A stretch of 64,000 bases of DNA from the human T2T-CHM13v2.0 reference genome, Homo sapiens, in assembly GCF_009914755.1 (NCBI RefSeq), contig NC_060938.1; one strand, 5' to 3'. The translations under genes were made by a program, and so were the position numbers. Below, piece after piece: positions 13,183 to 26,386 of this stretch. The notes under the pieces were generated by a model. That model made no database searches. It saw nothing but the letters and a program-made list of their open reading frames with translations, and was not told the DNA's origin. How positions within the stretch are numbered: the stretch's first letter is position 1; the number at the start of each line of letters is the position of its first letter.

Positions 13183-13680
13183 ATATCAATTATCTATTGC
13201 TGCATAACAAGCCTGTATTACAAAATATTCCAAAACTTATTTGCTTAAAATAAGAACCATTTATTTAGCTCACAATTGGGTAGGTCACAGTTTGGGCTGT
13301 GCTTCTCTGGGAGTTTCTTCCCCTGGTCTCAGTGCAGCTTACTCCAGTGTATACAGTCCATCATTGACCAACTATTCATCCTGCTTCTGGAGTTTAGCTC
13401 ATTGTTGGCTCTAATGACGGACGTAAGTAGATCTTGTGCCCCAATCCTCCCACAGAGTAGCCTGGGCTTATTCACAGGACTGTTCAGGCATCTAAGAGCA
13501 GCAACAGAGCAACTCCACTACTCAAGCACTTTTAAAATCCACCTGTGTTACATTTGCTATTTTTCTCATTTACCAATACAAGTCATACTTGCCTAGCCCA
13601 GAGTTAGTATAGGAAGTTACCATCAGTGGTATAGATATGGAGAGGGGACAAATTTGTAGACATTTTTGAAATATACCATA
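13183..13680 (-). mobile_element. MLT1 (MaLR) solo LTR
   Basis: TATCAATTATCTATTGCTGCATAACAA...GCTTAAAATAAGAACCATTTATTTAGCTCACA. Confidence 0.75.
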
Positions 13681-14549
13681 GAACATAGCAAAATTGTAAC
13701 TATTTAATACATGTTATTTTTTTCTTTACATTATTGTAATATATCGTAAATACAATAAGCACATACTAGTTATTATTTACAAATAATAGATAGTAATAAA
13801 AATCATGTAGCCAAGGCATTATTTATTAAGTCCATCACATCAGCACGCTGTTACGGCTAAAATAAATGTCTTTGTCTTGGTCCAGCTGATCTTTTCACTC
13901 TGCCTCTGTGCAATTATTACAACTTCAGGGGACATCTCTTGCCTCCAGTTCTACAATCACGTTCTGCTGCAAAATCCCTTCTCTCTGCACTATTCAGTGA
14001 GAACAGTTGTATAAATCACCCAGAATGTTGGCAAGAAAAGAGCTACTTCTGGGCTGAGTGCTTTTTGGAAAAAATCTTTCCTGCTACCCAGAAGTCATTT
14101 ACATAGGTTAATTCCTGGGGGTTAAAATCCATGGCACCCCTTTTGCTGCTGCAGCTGTGAGAAAAACTGCCTTTTTGCAGCATCACAGAGGGATTACTGC
14201 TTAAGCATTTTATGCACACTTACATGCAGGCACTCCTGGCATCAGAAATACTGTTTATTGGCCCTGCACATTTAGGTCTGAATAGCCCTCCCTCCCTGGA
14301 TTTGTTATTCCCCTGACACCAAATGTCACATTTATTGCCCCAATGAAGTATTGCCTGAATCCTCCTGGATCAAGCACTCATCTGCAAATCATTGCTCAAT
14401 CATTCTCTGGTCCTACATTCCCAAACTCGATTTAATCACAGATAAGTGTGTTCACAGCCCACAAGTCTTCACTGAACCTCAATAACCTACAAGTCACCTA
14501 CTCATCTGCGGCAGGATGATTCACTGAGATATTTATTTTACCTCGTTCT

Positions 14550-15125
14550 TACTGCAGTAGGAGAATACAAAGAATAACAAAGAATAAAAGGGAAATTTTC
14601 CTCATCCTTCCTCCCTTCCAAGAATAATCATGTCCCTGTGATCAGTCTCCCTTGATCTGTGGGAATTATTGTAGTAGATTCTTTGTTTTCCAGAAGAGAC
14701 CCTGAAGGCAACACCCTTCCCACTACCCCAACCTCACTCTAGATCTTTGGGAAGAAGCTGGTACTTGGGAAACAGGGATTAACAGCCTGAACTCTGGAGA
14801 GAGAGAGGGCAAGAGAGAGAGAGAGATTCCTACAGAGAGAAAGAGTTTGGGGAAGGGAGGGGAATACTGTTTATTTCAAGTGTGGATAGACGACTTGAAC
14901 CCCTTTTCCATGCAGCGGCCCAGAAGTGATAAGACTTCTGATGTGGTAACACATGGGTAGCATGTGCCAGGGCCTTTGGAGCCATGGCCAAAATTTTGTA
15001 AGGAAGTATTCATATTCAAATGGGACAAGTACAATTGGGCAATGAACATCTTAGCAGCAACTGTGAGAGAATAAAGACCTGAGTCCCTTTTTTCAAGTTT
15101 TCTACATTGTATGAGCCCTAGTAAG
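14550..15125. mobile_element. Possible ancient LTR fragment
   Basis: Purine-rich LTR-like composition with AATAAA near 15070; family not recognised. Confidence 0.3.
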
Positions 15126-16742
15126 GAAGTAGTAAGGAAACAGCTCTGTCCAGCCTCCTCTGTCCCATATGCCTACAATTAGATTTCCTCCTAGCCCTAG
15201 CATGATCAAGCCAGAAAACAAGGCTATGTATTACCTTTCTTTTAGTCAAGGTGCAAAATTATAGTGATATACCAAAAAATAAAATCTTCATCAAGTTTCT
15301 AGGAACTGGTTTTCTAAGCTATTTTCCATCCTTGTAGTTTTTGGTTTCATGCTAGTCACCAGAAATCCAGGGATAAGAGAAGATACACAGTAGCAGCCAG
15401 GAGTTAGTGGGAGGCTAATATGTCAGTGCTAAAATCTCATCTAGATCTGGTACACAATAGCTAGCTGACTGGCACCAGCAGGCCTGTTAGCAGGTGTGAG
15501 ATAAAGAGGATTGGGATCCTACCACGGCTCAAAAAGCAATTACACAGAAATGTTGCTGCAGGACTTAACATTAAAAACTCTCCATCAGTTCTAGTTGGCT
15601 CTACTCACCAGTCCAAAGGCAATTTTCTCCCAAACTTTAAGCATTATAGATTCCCTCTTTCCCCTTGAACCTGAAAATCCAGCTGTGTTCTCTCGCCTCT
15701 GACATCAGCATTACTGGCTTTGATACAGCCAACCATCTGGTTGATGAGGCATGAGGCAGAATGGAATCCAGCTAACTGTTCCCTGCTGTTTCCACATGAA
15801 CATTACAAAATCCACTGGCATCAGCATGGATGGGGAGCTGTGACCCAGACTTACAAGGAACTAGCACATTAAATGACCCTGGGTCATGATTTCTGATGAC
15901 CATGAAGGACCTTTTCATGTTGAGATGAAGGTGGCTCTTGTGATAACCTGGAACTTGGCAAACACTTTTTAGTCAGATGATCTTTACAGGAAGTTCACCA
16001 GATGATATGACATCTTCAGTACAGGTGGTAGATTAGGAATCTAGACTACCGAGAAAAGGAGTTTAAGGTTTTTAGCTATTTCATTGTTTCAAGTATGAAA
16101 TGTATCTGTTCATTTATTGTTTGAATTCACATTTCTGCATAAACTGCTTTTATTTTTTTCCTACTCCTTTTCAACATCATATCTGTAAGAACAAAATTTC
16201 TACCCATCAGTGTAAAGCATTTTTTCACCTCCCACCCCCAGCCTCACTCCTCCAGCGTTTCTGTCATTTCTGACTTTGGAAATTATAAAGGGAGACGAGA
16301 GACAATAACAACAACAGCAACAACAACAAAAACAGGAGTACAAGTAAGAAGGGCAATATGATTTTGTAATTAGAGAACCTGGATTTAGTCTGTTCTGCTA
16401 TTTACAAAATAAAGTGGTCTTTGTGTACCATCATTTGAACTCTGTGCCTCATATTCCCAATCAGTAAAACAGGGAAAAAATAGTAAATGATGAAAGGAGT
16501 GGTCTGTGTAAACTAGAAAGCCCTTAGAGATATTATTTATTTATTAAAGGAAAATTGAGAAAAGAATTTTGAACTTCTTTTCATACCAGAAGTAGAAGTA
16601 ATAAAATTAAAGTTGATAAAGAAAACTAGTTTTTCCTTTTCATTTTTCTCATGAGCCTTGAAGTTGGGTCTATACCTGTTTGGTTTACTGCTTTCATTAC
16701 AGAGATGAAGTATCTGAGTAGGTTTTCCCCAACGTAAGTAGA

Positions 16743-16744
<2 letters not shown>

Positions 16745-16787
<43 letters not shown>

Positions 16788-16850
16788 TTCCCTCCCTTCC
16801 TCCCCCACCCCCCATCCCCACCTTTCTCCTTTCTCTCTCCCTCTCTGCAG
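16745..16850. repeat. (TC)n plus C-rich polypyrimidine tract
   Basis: ~105 nt that are almost entirely pyrimidine. Confidence 0.9.
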
Positions 16851-17439
16851 GGAATAGAAATTTGGGATTCAGGAAGCAGCACCCGTCCTCTTCTCATTTA
16901 CCTGCTCGTGTCCAGTCTGTGTTTCCTGGACTGTCCAGTTGTCCTTCTCTAGTTCTCCTTTGAAACTAAAATATATTTAAAAAAAAAAAAAAGGCCATCC
17001 ACAGCCACAGCCTTGCTCAATGTGACTATGCAAACCTATTTTATTCTTACTTTGTATTCAGGACACATGCACTCCTCCTCCTGTAGTATTTGCTGATATA
17101 CTTTGCACTCCAGCTGCTGCAATATTTAAATCAGTGATTCAGTACACAGACCACACAATGTGCCACTACACTCCAACAGGCAAGGTCTGTCTCTCCATGG
17201 GGACAGAGGATCTAAGCATCTGTCATTCTCCTCCCATCACTTATAATTAACCACACACCCCTTTACACATATAAATATTTATGTGCAAAAATAAAATTCC
17301 CTGGTGCTTTAAGCCAATCTCTCTTCCCTCAGTGAGCTTCGAAAGTTGCCAAAATAAATTTGTTACTTAATTCGAGACTCTGTAAGAAACTCTTTAGTGT
17401 TAAGAACTTATATTATTCTGAGAAAATAATTTCAAACCT

Positions 17440-17570
17440 CAGACTTCTAGAATGTAAGCTCCATGCAGAAGGGATCTTTGTCTCTGTCACAGATACATCC
17501 TATGTGTTTAGAAGAGTCTCTGGGATATGGTGTGAGCTCAATTAATATTTTTTAAATGTTGAAGGATGAA
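17440..17570 (+). mobile_element. L2 3' end
   Basis: CTAGAATGTAAGCTCCATGCAGAAGGGA...CTCAATTAATATTT. Confidence 0.7.
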
Positions 17571-17869
17571 ATGTACAGGAATCCCAATTACAATATACGA
17601 TTCTGTTGTTTAGGATGAAGAATTTAAGACTAGTATTCTAGGCAAACATTGCAGAACCTGAAAGTACTTTGATATTAAATGAGAACAAGCCAGAGTGAGA
17701 AATAATCATGAGACATAAAGTTTGCCTATTATTCAGTCAACAAATCATTATTAACTATTGACAAACATCATCACATTAGATCCTGAAGCAATAACAAACA
17801 ATAAATAATTGTCCTTACCCTCAAGGAACTCTTGGCTTGTATGTGATTTGCAAAGGATAGTTTATGGGT

Positions 17870-18010
17870 TGCCTATCAGTATTTGTTAAAAGTACAGATT
17901 CTCAGTTCCCATCCCAAACTTATTGAACCAGAGTCACTGACGATAACCATTGGAATCTGTATTTTCAATTTGTTAGCCAGGGAAAACTTATGAACACTAA
18001 TGTTTGAGAA
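17870..18010. mobile_element. MER5-like hAT-Charlie MITE
   Basis: TTGTTAAAAGTACAGATTCTCAG...GGAATCTGTATTTT...GTTTGAGAA. Confidence 0.6.
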
Positions 18011-18153
18011 GGTAGTCTAGTGGAACTCAAGTTATTTGACTGTTTCTCAGGAATTATGTGGTCTCTGCTACCATTCAGGTTAGGTTTACATTGTCAAGCC
18101 CAAACATCTCTTAATGAGTGGGTAAAACATAATGATATTAAAATAACATAATC

Positions 18154-18469
<316 letters not shown>

Positions 18470-20629
18470 TCATTTTAGAGTAATAGTTCAGTATTAGAGC
18501 ATACATAACAGTCTTCTTTTAAACTAATCCTTACTGGGACTGGTGATTTGAGATGAAGAAAGAAAAAGATAAACATACAGCCCATACTTGTAGACTTTCA
18601 GAAACAGACCTAAATCAAATGTCTTACATGTTCTCTAAGCTCCTAAGCTTCTGCAAATAAGTGTTTGAAACTTACCTCAGGCCTCATCAATTTCAAATAT
18701 TCCAATGTATCCATTAATCTGTTCTGCTCAGCGCTAACTTCAGAATTGACTGACACCTGCACACCTTTTTGCAAAGACTAATTAGGTCCTCAGTGCCGAA
18801 AGTATAGTCAGAATCAAGTACCATCTGGCTCAGAATGGTGCTGCCTAACATTCTGAATGTTTAGCTTTAATTACGTGTTTGTGTAATTTTATGCAATTTT
18901 CTATGGACTACTGACATAGAACATCTTTAAACAACTTTACTGACCCCCTGTGGATTGGAAAATCCATCTCCCAGTCATTCTTCCCCCACCTGAATGTCTC
19001 CTTGTACCTGGATTCAGCAGGAAGAGTCTTTTCCATCCTTCATTTCTCTAATGTCTTGTTCACTTCTACTCTTTTATTTTTACACATTGTTCAATTCTGT
19101 AAGTTGTACTGGCTTGTGAATCTTGTCCTGTATGGCTCCTGATGCCTTTAATAGCCATTTTCTCCATTTTAACATTCTTGCTAAACCTCCTCTAACTCTT
19201 ACCAATTGTTTTTGAAAAGATTTGTAAACATTTAATATTTAATTATTTTCCTTGTTCTGTACCTCAGCACCATGCTATTTACTCTTTCACTAAATAAAGA
19301 ATTAGTAAATTTGATTGTTTGATTACAATGTAACATTGGTTATTATTTATAGGTTATATTATGCTCTCATGCTTTGTGGAAAAAGCATATTAAATTTAAT
19401 GCCAGCCAGAAAAAAATGAAAATTGCATTTTTTGGGGAATTGCAAATATTGGTCACTAAGCTAGCTGCAAACACCTCCTTAACATTTTGAAAAATAACAA
19501 ATTAATAATAATTTGAGATAACACCATTTAATATCTTAATGTTAAACTGTGCATATTTGCTGTTAATCAAAACAATTTTTTAAACTCCAAGTGATGGCAC
19601 TTAATGTTCTTTTAATTATGCAAGGAGCTAATCAATTTGTCCTTTAAATGGATGTTCAACTGATTAAGAGAAGCTAATCATCAGTTACGAAATCCATAAG
19701 GCACAGATGAGTCAGGTTTAAAATGTTTTTTGCTAACTTGGGACCAATAATTCTGTCTCCTTAAATTACCTCTTATTTCAGTTGGGAGAAGTTACTTTCT
19801 TTCCTTAAATATGTAAATGTTATACTCTTACCTGTGGAAATTAAAGCCTACTTCAGCCTATAGTTAGGAATCAAATCCAGAATGATGCTGTAAGGGTTCA
19901 GTTTCTTATTTTACCCCTAAAGGACAATAACTAAGCAAGGGAATTATGATTCAGCATTAAGAATAGGTTGCTATGAATTAAATAAGACAGTTTAGATGTT
20001 TGACTCTCTTTGATACTCTAAAGAGGATTTAGGCATGTTAATTGTTCAGTACTCTAAAAAGATGATTTCATCCGATAACATTCATTTGCTCAACAGGTAT
20101 TTATTAAACATCTATTATTTGCCAGGTACTGTGCCATACACAAGAAGTGTGAGGGCGCTTAAGGCATAGTTCCTGACCTTAAAGGCCAACTAAGAAACAA
20201 AAAGCAACATCATGAAGGATAATTAGATACATTTTTTACCTATTAAGAGTCACTAAAAAAATAAAATGAAACAAACAAGAAAAAGAGGTAGATTCACATA
20301 GCAATGTATTATATAATAACTTACACATTAAAGATTAACAGGTGGACAAAAGCTACCTATGTCAGAAAACAAAGCACGGTTCAATGACTCTGAATTCAAT
20401 GGACTGGCATCAGGATGTGCTTGGCTTCTAATTCTAGGCTGTAGCTATCTCTAATCTTCTGCTTGAGTTTGAGAGTATTTTAATCCTCTTTTTATTTCAA
20501 CTTTCTCATCTGCAAAAGATCAGTGAACTTTCTATTGTGTAGTAGAGGTCAATTTCAAATCATTTGGAAGAAAACCAGGCCATCTTAAAGGGCTTCTGCA
20601 CTTGGAATCCAAAAGCAAAGTGCATTAGT

Positions 20630-21350
20630 CAATCAATCATTCAGTCAGTAAGTACTTATTGATTATCTACTGAGTGCTCTCCAGGGGGCCAGACCCTGAT
20701 GGGGACACATAGGAGAGGAAACAAAATGGTCACTTTCTTCAATTAGCTGCCACCCTTCTTGGGAAGAAAGCAAACCATATGCAATAACAATAAAGAACAA
20801 ATGAATGAATAAAAATGTACTGGGTGACACTACATGCCAGAACTTGTTATGCTTTTTAGATTGTAAGGCTCTTTCACATGTTATTTAAGAATGGTCAAGT
20901 GTATATAATTAAAAGCTAGGCTATGTAGTCTTTTCAGAGCTACAGAAGGTTGGAGGAGAGAAATATCAATTAAGCTACATTCAGAGATGGCTGTGTTGAA
21001 GTTTAGAGGATTTCAGCCAAGATGTTGAGCTATTGTGGAGCAGGTCAAGTTGGAGAGAAAGAAGCACACTCCAGAGGAAAGAGATCTGATGCAAACAAGG
21101 CAAGAAGCATAAAAAGCTGATCACAGTGTCCTTACAGGCATATGCTTTTACGGGAACAGAGCTTATAGATGGAAGGTGGGAAACTAGAGGTGGACTTTAC
21201 AAGACCAATTAAAAATTTGGAAGAATGTCAGTTTAGAAGAAAATGTGTAGGAAGACAAAAAAATGATTGTAAATAGGGAGAGGGTGAAATATCTAGAGTA
21301 GGGAGCTGATGTGATAAAAAGAAATTTAAGGGATATTGGTTTTGTAGTGG
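20630..21350 (-). mobile_element. L2 fragment
   Basis: Starts TCAATCATTCAGTCAGTAAGTACTTATTGA (antisense L2 tail) with a purine-rich body. Confidence 0.55.
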
Positions 21351-22924
21351 CAATATAACTACATTTTAAGGTACAGCAGCTAGATCATCAGGATTTTGGC
21401 TCTTCTGACCCCATATTTCTACTTTCCGCAACACTTAAGTTACAAATATTGCTCTTATCATTTGTGGAATAACATATCACTTAGAGATTTTAGGTCCGCT
21501 ATTTGATTTACTGAACCTACAATGACAGATGGCTTAATGCAATATAAAGTGCTAATCCTACTTACCCAATTTGAAGATTGTCATGCAAAATTTTCTCAAA
21601 AACAGAACAGTTGTTTATTTGCCCAAACTTCATTTATTCACTGTCTTCCTAACCTTCTGATTCAGGGTTAATTTAAAACAGAATCAGGAAAATAAATGCC
21701 ATTAGTTCTTTTCCTTCCTTCAATTTCTAGGCACAGTGAGGGCCTAGCAGAGATAGAATAAGGTTAGGAGTCCTGTAGGATCCTCAGCCTTCCATGGGAT
21801 AAGAAGCTGGAGTCAAAGACAGAAAGAATCAAGATGAGAGCTGCCACAGCAAATCCCCTCTCTGCACACCTGCTGAATGGAGTTGGGAAGGAAGGGAAGA
21901 GCAGTAAATAGGAGGAAGCAAAGTGGAGATAAAGTGGGCTCCATGGTCTGCAATCTCTGCTCAATAGAACTCAACCAATTTTCAAATTTAGGAGAGGAGC
22001 ATGGGGCCAACTCAAGGCCCAAACTCAATTCTGCAACTGCCTCACACATCTAAGGAAACTCCTGGAAAACACCCCCAGCAGAAGCATTTATCGTCTCAAT
22101 TTTCTCCCTTTCTATATACTTCTACCCCAAATCTCATCCCTTGCCAAAAACCAGTCCTTTTTTATCCACACCCACTTCAATTTTTCAAAGGAGAAAGGAA
22201 GGGAGTTCTTTAAACTACACACAGGAGGGGCTGACATTTGATTTTTTTATGGAGAGCACATTTTATAAGTTATGCTTCATTATGTAAACCAGATTTCCTT
22301 ATATAAACAGGGTCATGGGGGATCTTGATTTCCAACCCTATCTGGAATATTCACAAATGGACTTTACTGCCATATTTTGTCTTTCCCTTCTTTTTCCCGT
22401 CCCTTCCTCCCTGGCTCTGCTCTCCTCACTGTATATCTTCTCTCATTCATGTCAGAAAAAAAAACACACAAAACAAGGGAAACTGTGGTCACTTATCTGG
22501 AGAAATACTGATGAGACAGTTACTTTCTGGAAAAGGTGGACTGTGCAGGGAACCCCCAAATAAGAGACTCTTATTTCCTCATTGTTTTGTCCATGGCTAA
22601 AGGACTTGTCTCTTTTCTACATTGGTGGATCTGAAATTGGGTCACTTTAACCAAGGCACTGTTCATCTAAGAATCATTGCTCCTTTCTTGCCTCTTACCA
22701 GAACCCCAGTGGGAATGAGATAACTCATTTCTACCAGAGCATCTTTATCATCAGCCATGGGCCTCTGACCACTGAACACAGCACAGAAATGCTGAGATAT
22801 CTCTCCGTGTTGAATAGTTAGAGAAAATCATCTAGAGTCTGAATCAAGCTTTCTGAACACTTTCAATATTCTATTTTTTTGATTTCTGAAATCAGGTATA
22901 CTCCCCTCATTTCTAATTTTTTAT

Positions 22925-23037
22925 TCCTCTCTCCTCTCCTTCTCTCTCTCTGCTTCTCTCTGTCTCTGCCTGCCTCTCTGTCTCTCTCATGTGCATTCTT
23001 TCACACACACACACACACGCACATGCACACACACACA
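22925..23037. repeat. (TC)-rich tract followed by (CA)n
   Basis: Seen directly. Confidence 0.85.
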
Positions 23038-24370
23038 AACTCCCCCTCTTTATTCAGTTTTATAGCAAAGAGGTCTTATTCTACCTAGTTCCTTATATTT
23101 TCCTCCATTTTAATTGCATGTAAAAACATTAGCAATGCTTCTAAAGCCATAAAGTTTATTACGTGGAAATGTTATACTTTAATTATGTAATAGCACATGG
23201 AGAATCTATACAGGGTTTCAGACCAAGTTATGATTACTGCAGCTCAACAATGCCTTAATCCCCCTCTGTGGTCAGTCAATATTGTAATAGGATATGGGTA
23301 AGTTTTACTAAATATTATTCAAGTTTAACCATTTGGAATTGGTCTTCAGATGACTTGTGAGTCCCTAGCTTTTCAGTCAAAGGTTCTCTTAAGACAATAA
23401 TTCTCACTAATCAACAATAATTTTTCATTAACCAATCAATGAACTTCCTGGTAAGAATGTTGACATATATCAGAGTATTAAAATAGAGGAATGAGATAAA
23501 GAAGAGAAACCAAGATTGACTTTTTTTCATATACTAGGCACAGTATCAGAAACTCACAAGTTTTAATCTTAACCTCATTGTGATGATTTGAAAGCAGAGC
23601 AGGGCACTTATGGCCAACATTTAATGGTTTTTAAACATATGGCTCTATTTGCTCTTCAAGTCTGACAAAGACATATTTCCATGATTTTTATTCCAATGCA
23701 GTAATATAGCATTTTATCTGTTATATTAAATAATCTTATGCCTTTTAGCATATTTAAAGTTCGTTTTTTAAATTAAAATACTTTTTACTCTTCTTGTCTC
23801 AGAATGTTTCAGACACATGCTTGCTACATCAGACACATTTTACACCCACATTAATCAAAGCACAGAGAAATGATTACTAAAGATGTGAGATTGATAACAC
23901 TGTCTCTTTAGACATCTAGAGAAAATGCTATGCTGCACAGAAGATAATATTCAACCCACACCCCTACCTGCCCTCCTCCCACTTCTCAGAAGATCCTTGC
24001 TAAAACTTTTTACTTATAAGCCAAAAAAGCTATCACTCAAGATGAGAGAATTTGTTGAAATCCTCTTTACAACCAGATCCATTTTTGAGTGTTTATTGAA
24101 TAAACAAACAAAAAGAATAATCAATGACAAATGTGGTTCCAGAAACTCTGCCCAGATGAACAGAAGTCAGTTTCCCCGAAAGCCATATTTCTTTTCAGTA
24201 GCAGAAATGGTCATTGCTTTTACAAAGTTTATTCACATTAATGCTCAATTTTTTTCTTGAAAGCTCATTCATTCTTGATTCAAGAAATATTTATTTGGCA
24301 TCTATTATGTATCAAACAAATTCAGACTGAGGATATAAAATTCCTCTTTCTCTGGAGCTTATATTCTAGA

Positions 24371-24588
24371 GCAGCAATGAATAGTAGGATTTAATGCAAT
24401 GCATGAAAATGTTCTACATCTATGCTGTTCATTATGGTAGTCACTAGCCACAAGCAGCTATGAGCACTTGAAATTGTGGCTATTGCAGCTTGGAAACTGT
24501 AGTTTAAATGTTTATTTAATTTTAATTAATTTAAATTTCTATTTAAATCACCATATGTGGCTAGTGGCTACCCTTTTGGACAGTGTAG
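24371..24588 (+). mobile_element. MER3 (hAT-Charlie)
   Basis: GAAAATGTTCTACATCT...GTAGTCACTAGCCAC...ATGTGGCTAGTGGCTACC...TGGACAG. Confidence 0.82.
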
Positions 24589-25003
24589 GTGCAGTGAATG
24601 CACAAGTATGTGGTGTGTGTGCATGTGTATATTGAGGGAACGGCAACAGACTCCATAAATATGTAAATGAATAAGAAACGCCAGATTGTAGCAAGTGCAA
24701 AGCAGAAAACTGAAATAGGGTGATGTGAAAGACAGTGTTTGGGAGGCTACTTTTGAATGGGTGTTTGAGAAGTCTCTCTGAACAAGTGACTTTAGGCTAG
24801 ACGTGAATAACAGGAAGGATCCATGAAAAGATCCAGAAATGAGTTTGCCAAATAGAGGGAACAGCTAGTACAAAAGTCCTAAGATGAGAACAAGATTGGT
24901 GTTCCAACACCAGGGACAGAGAGAGAACAGGGTGACTGGAGGGTAGAGAGCAAGGGGAGGGCAGAGTTGAATAGAGTTGAAGCTGGAGTGTTATAAATGC
25001 ACC

Positions 25004-25430
25004 TGTGTTTGTTTCTTGAAGCTGTTGTAACAAAATACCACAGACTTGGTGGCTTAAAACAATGTAAGTAAATTCTCTCACAGTTCTGGAGACTAGAAGT
25101 CTGAAATCAAGGTGTCAGCAGGTTCCACTGCCTCCAAATGCTATAAGCTCTAGGGAAGAATATTTGTCTTTTCCTAGCTTCTGGTGACTCTTTGCAATCT
25201 TTGGTGTTCCTTACCTTATAGCTTCATCACTCAAATCATTGCCTTCCCCTTCACATGGCCTTTTCTGTATTTCCCGTCTCTGTGTGTTCTCTCCTCTCCT
25301 TATAAGGACACCACTCATTTGATTTAGGTGCATCTAATCCAATATGGCTTCATCTTAATTACATCTGTAAAATTGTATTCCTACCTTCTGAGGACATGAA
25401 TTTTGGTAAGATACTATTCAACCCACTGCA
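25004..25430 (-). mobile_element. MLT1B/C (MaLR) solo LTR
   Basis: TG...CA termini; perfect 5-bp TSD GCACC; CACAGTTCTGGAGACTAGAAGTCTGAAATCAAGGTGTCAGCAGG. Confidence 0.9.
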
Positions 25431-25955
25431 GCACCCAATTTTGTAGGACTTTGAAGGCCAGATTAAGGAGTTTTGCTTTTATTCTAAATGTGATGAGATG
25501 TCATTGGGGCATCTGGAGTAAGAGAATGACTAATAAAATTAATGCTTTACAAAAAATCATTCTGGCTGCAGGGATACTGGATTTTAGACAAAGGTGAAAG
25601 AACAGAGACCAGCAAAGCAACCATTGCAGGAGCCCAGACATTAGAGGACGTGGCTTATATAGGGCAGTGCTGGTGGGAGTGGGCAGATTTGAGATTTGTT
25701 TTAGAGGTAAAAGGGATAAGATTCACTGATGGATTGAGTGAGGGAGTGAGAAAAAGAAGAATCAAAGACAACTCCTACATTTTTCATTTGAGCAAAAGGA
25801 GTGTGATGTTGCCATTTATGTGACAGGAATGAGACAGGCTCTATGGGGTGATGTTAAGTTTAAGAGACCTGTTAGGCCACCACGTTGAGATACCAATTAG
25901 GTACAAATCTACAGGTCTGAGGAGTAGTCAAATGTGGAGATATAAGCTTGGCAAT

Positions 25956-26090
25956 TGAGATAAAGAAACTAAGGAACAGAGAGAGGCTAAGAAACTCTCC
26001 CGTGGTCACACAGGTAGCAAATGGCAGAGCTGAGATTGGAACCTGGGTAGTCTAGCTCCAGAATCTATGCATTTAACTACTGTGCTATAT
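25956..26090 (-). mobile_element. MIR
   Basis: GAAACTAAGGAACAGAGAGAGGCTAAG...GGTCACACAGGTAGCAAATGGCAGAGCTGAGATT. Confidence 0.8.
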
Positions 26091-26386
26091 TCACTGGAAC
26101 TTAAAAGGAGTTGAGAATTTTGAAGAAGGAGGGCAGAAGTAGCAATGGAGAAAAGAAAGACATCTGTTCCAGTTGATCAGTGTACAAATATAAACTTCAT
26201 TTATTCAAGCGTGTTTTGAGTAACTCTTCAATTTGAATGTGTGCTTATCTTCAGCCATTTTAAAGGTAGAGACAGTGTTATGGGGGTGTTTTCTATAGAA
26301 TATGAAGACTTGGACATGGTTAGGTATTTATTAAGATTAAACATTTTTATGTACTATGCGGAAATAAAAAATCAAAACCTATGCAG

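Larger units (their letters stand above)
24265..25955 (-). mobile_element. L2 interrupted by MER3 and MLT1
   Basis: CATTCATTC...AAATATTTATTTGGCATCTATTATGT tail; GTAGGACTTTGAAGGCCAGATTAAGGAGTTT body. Confidence 0.8.
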
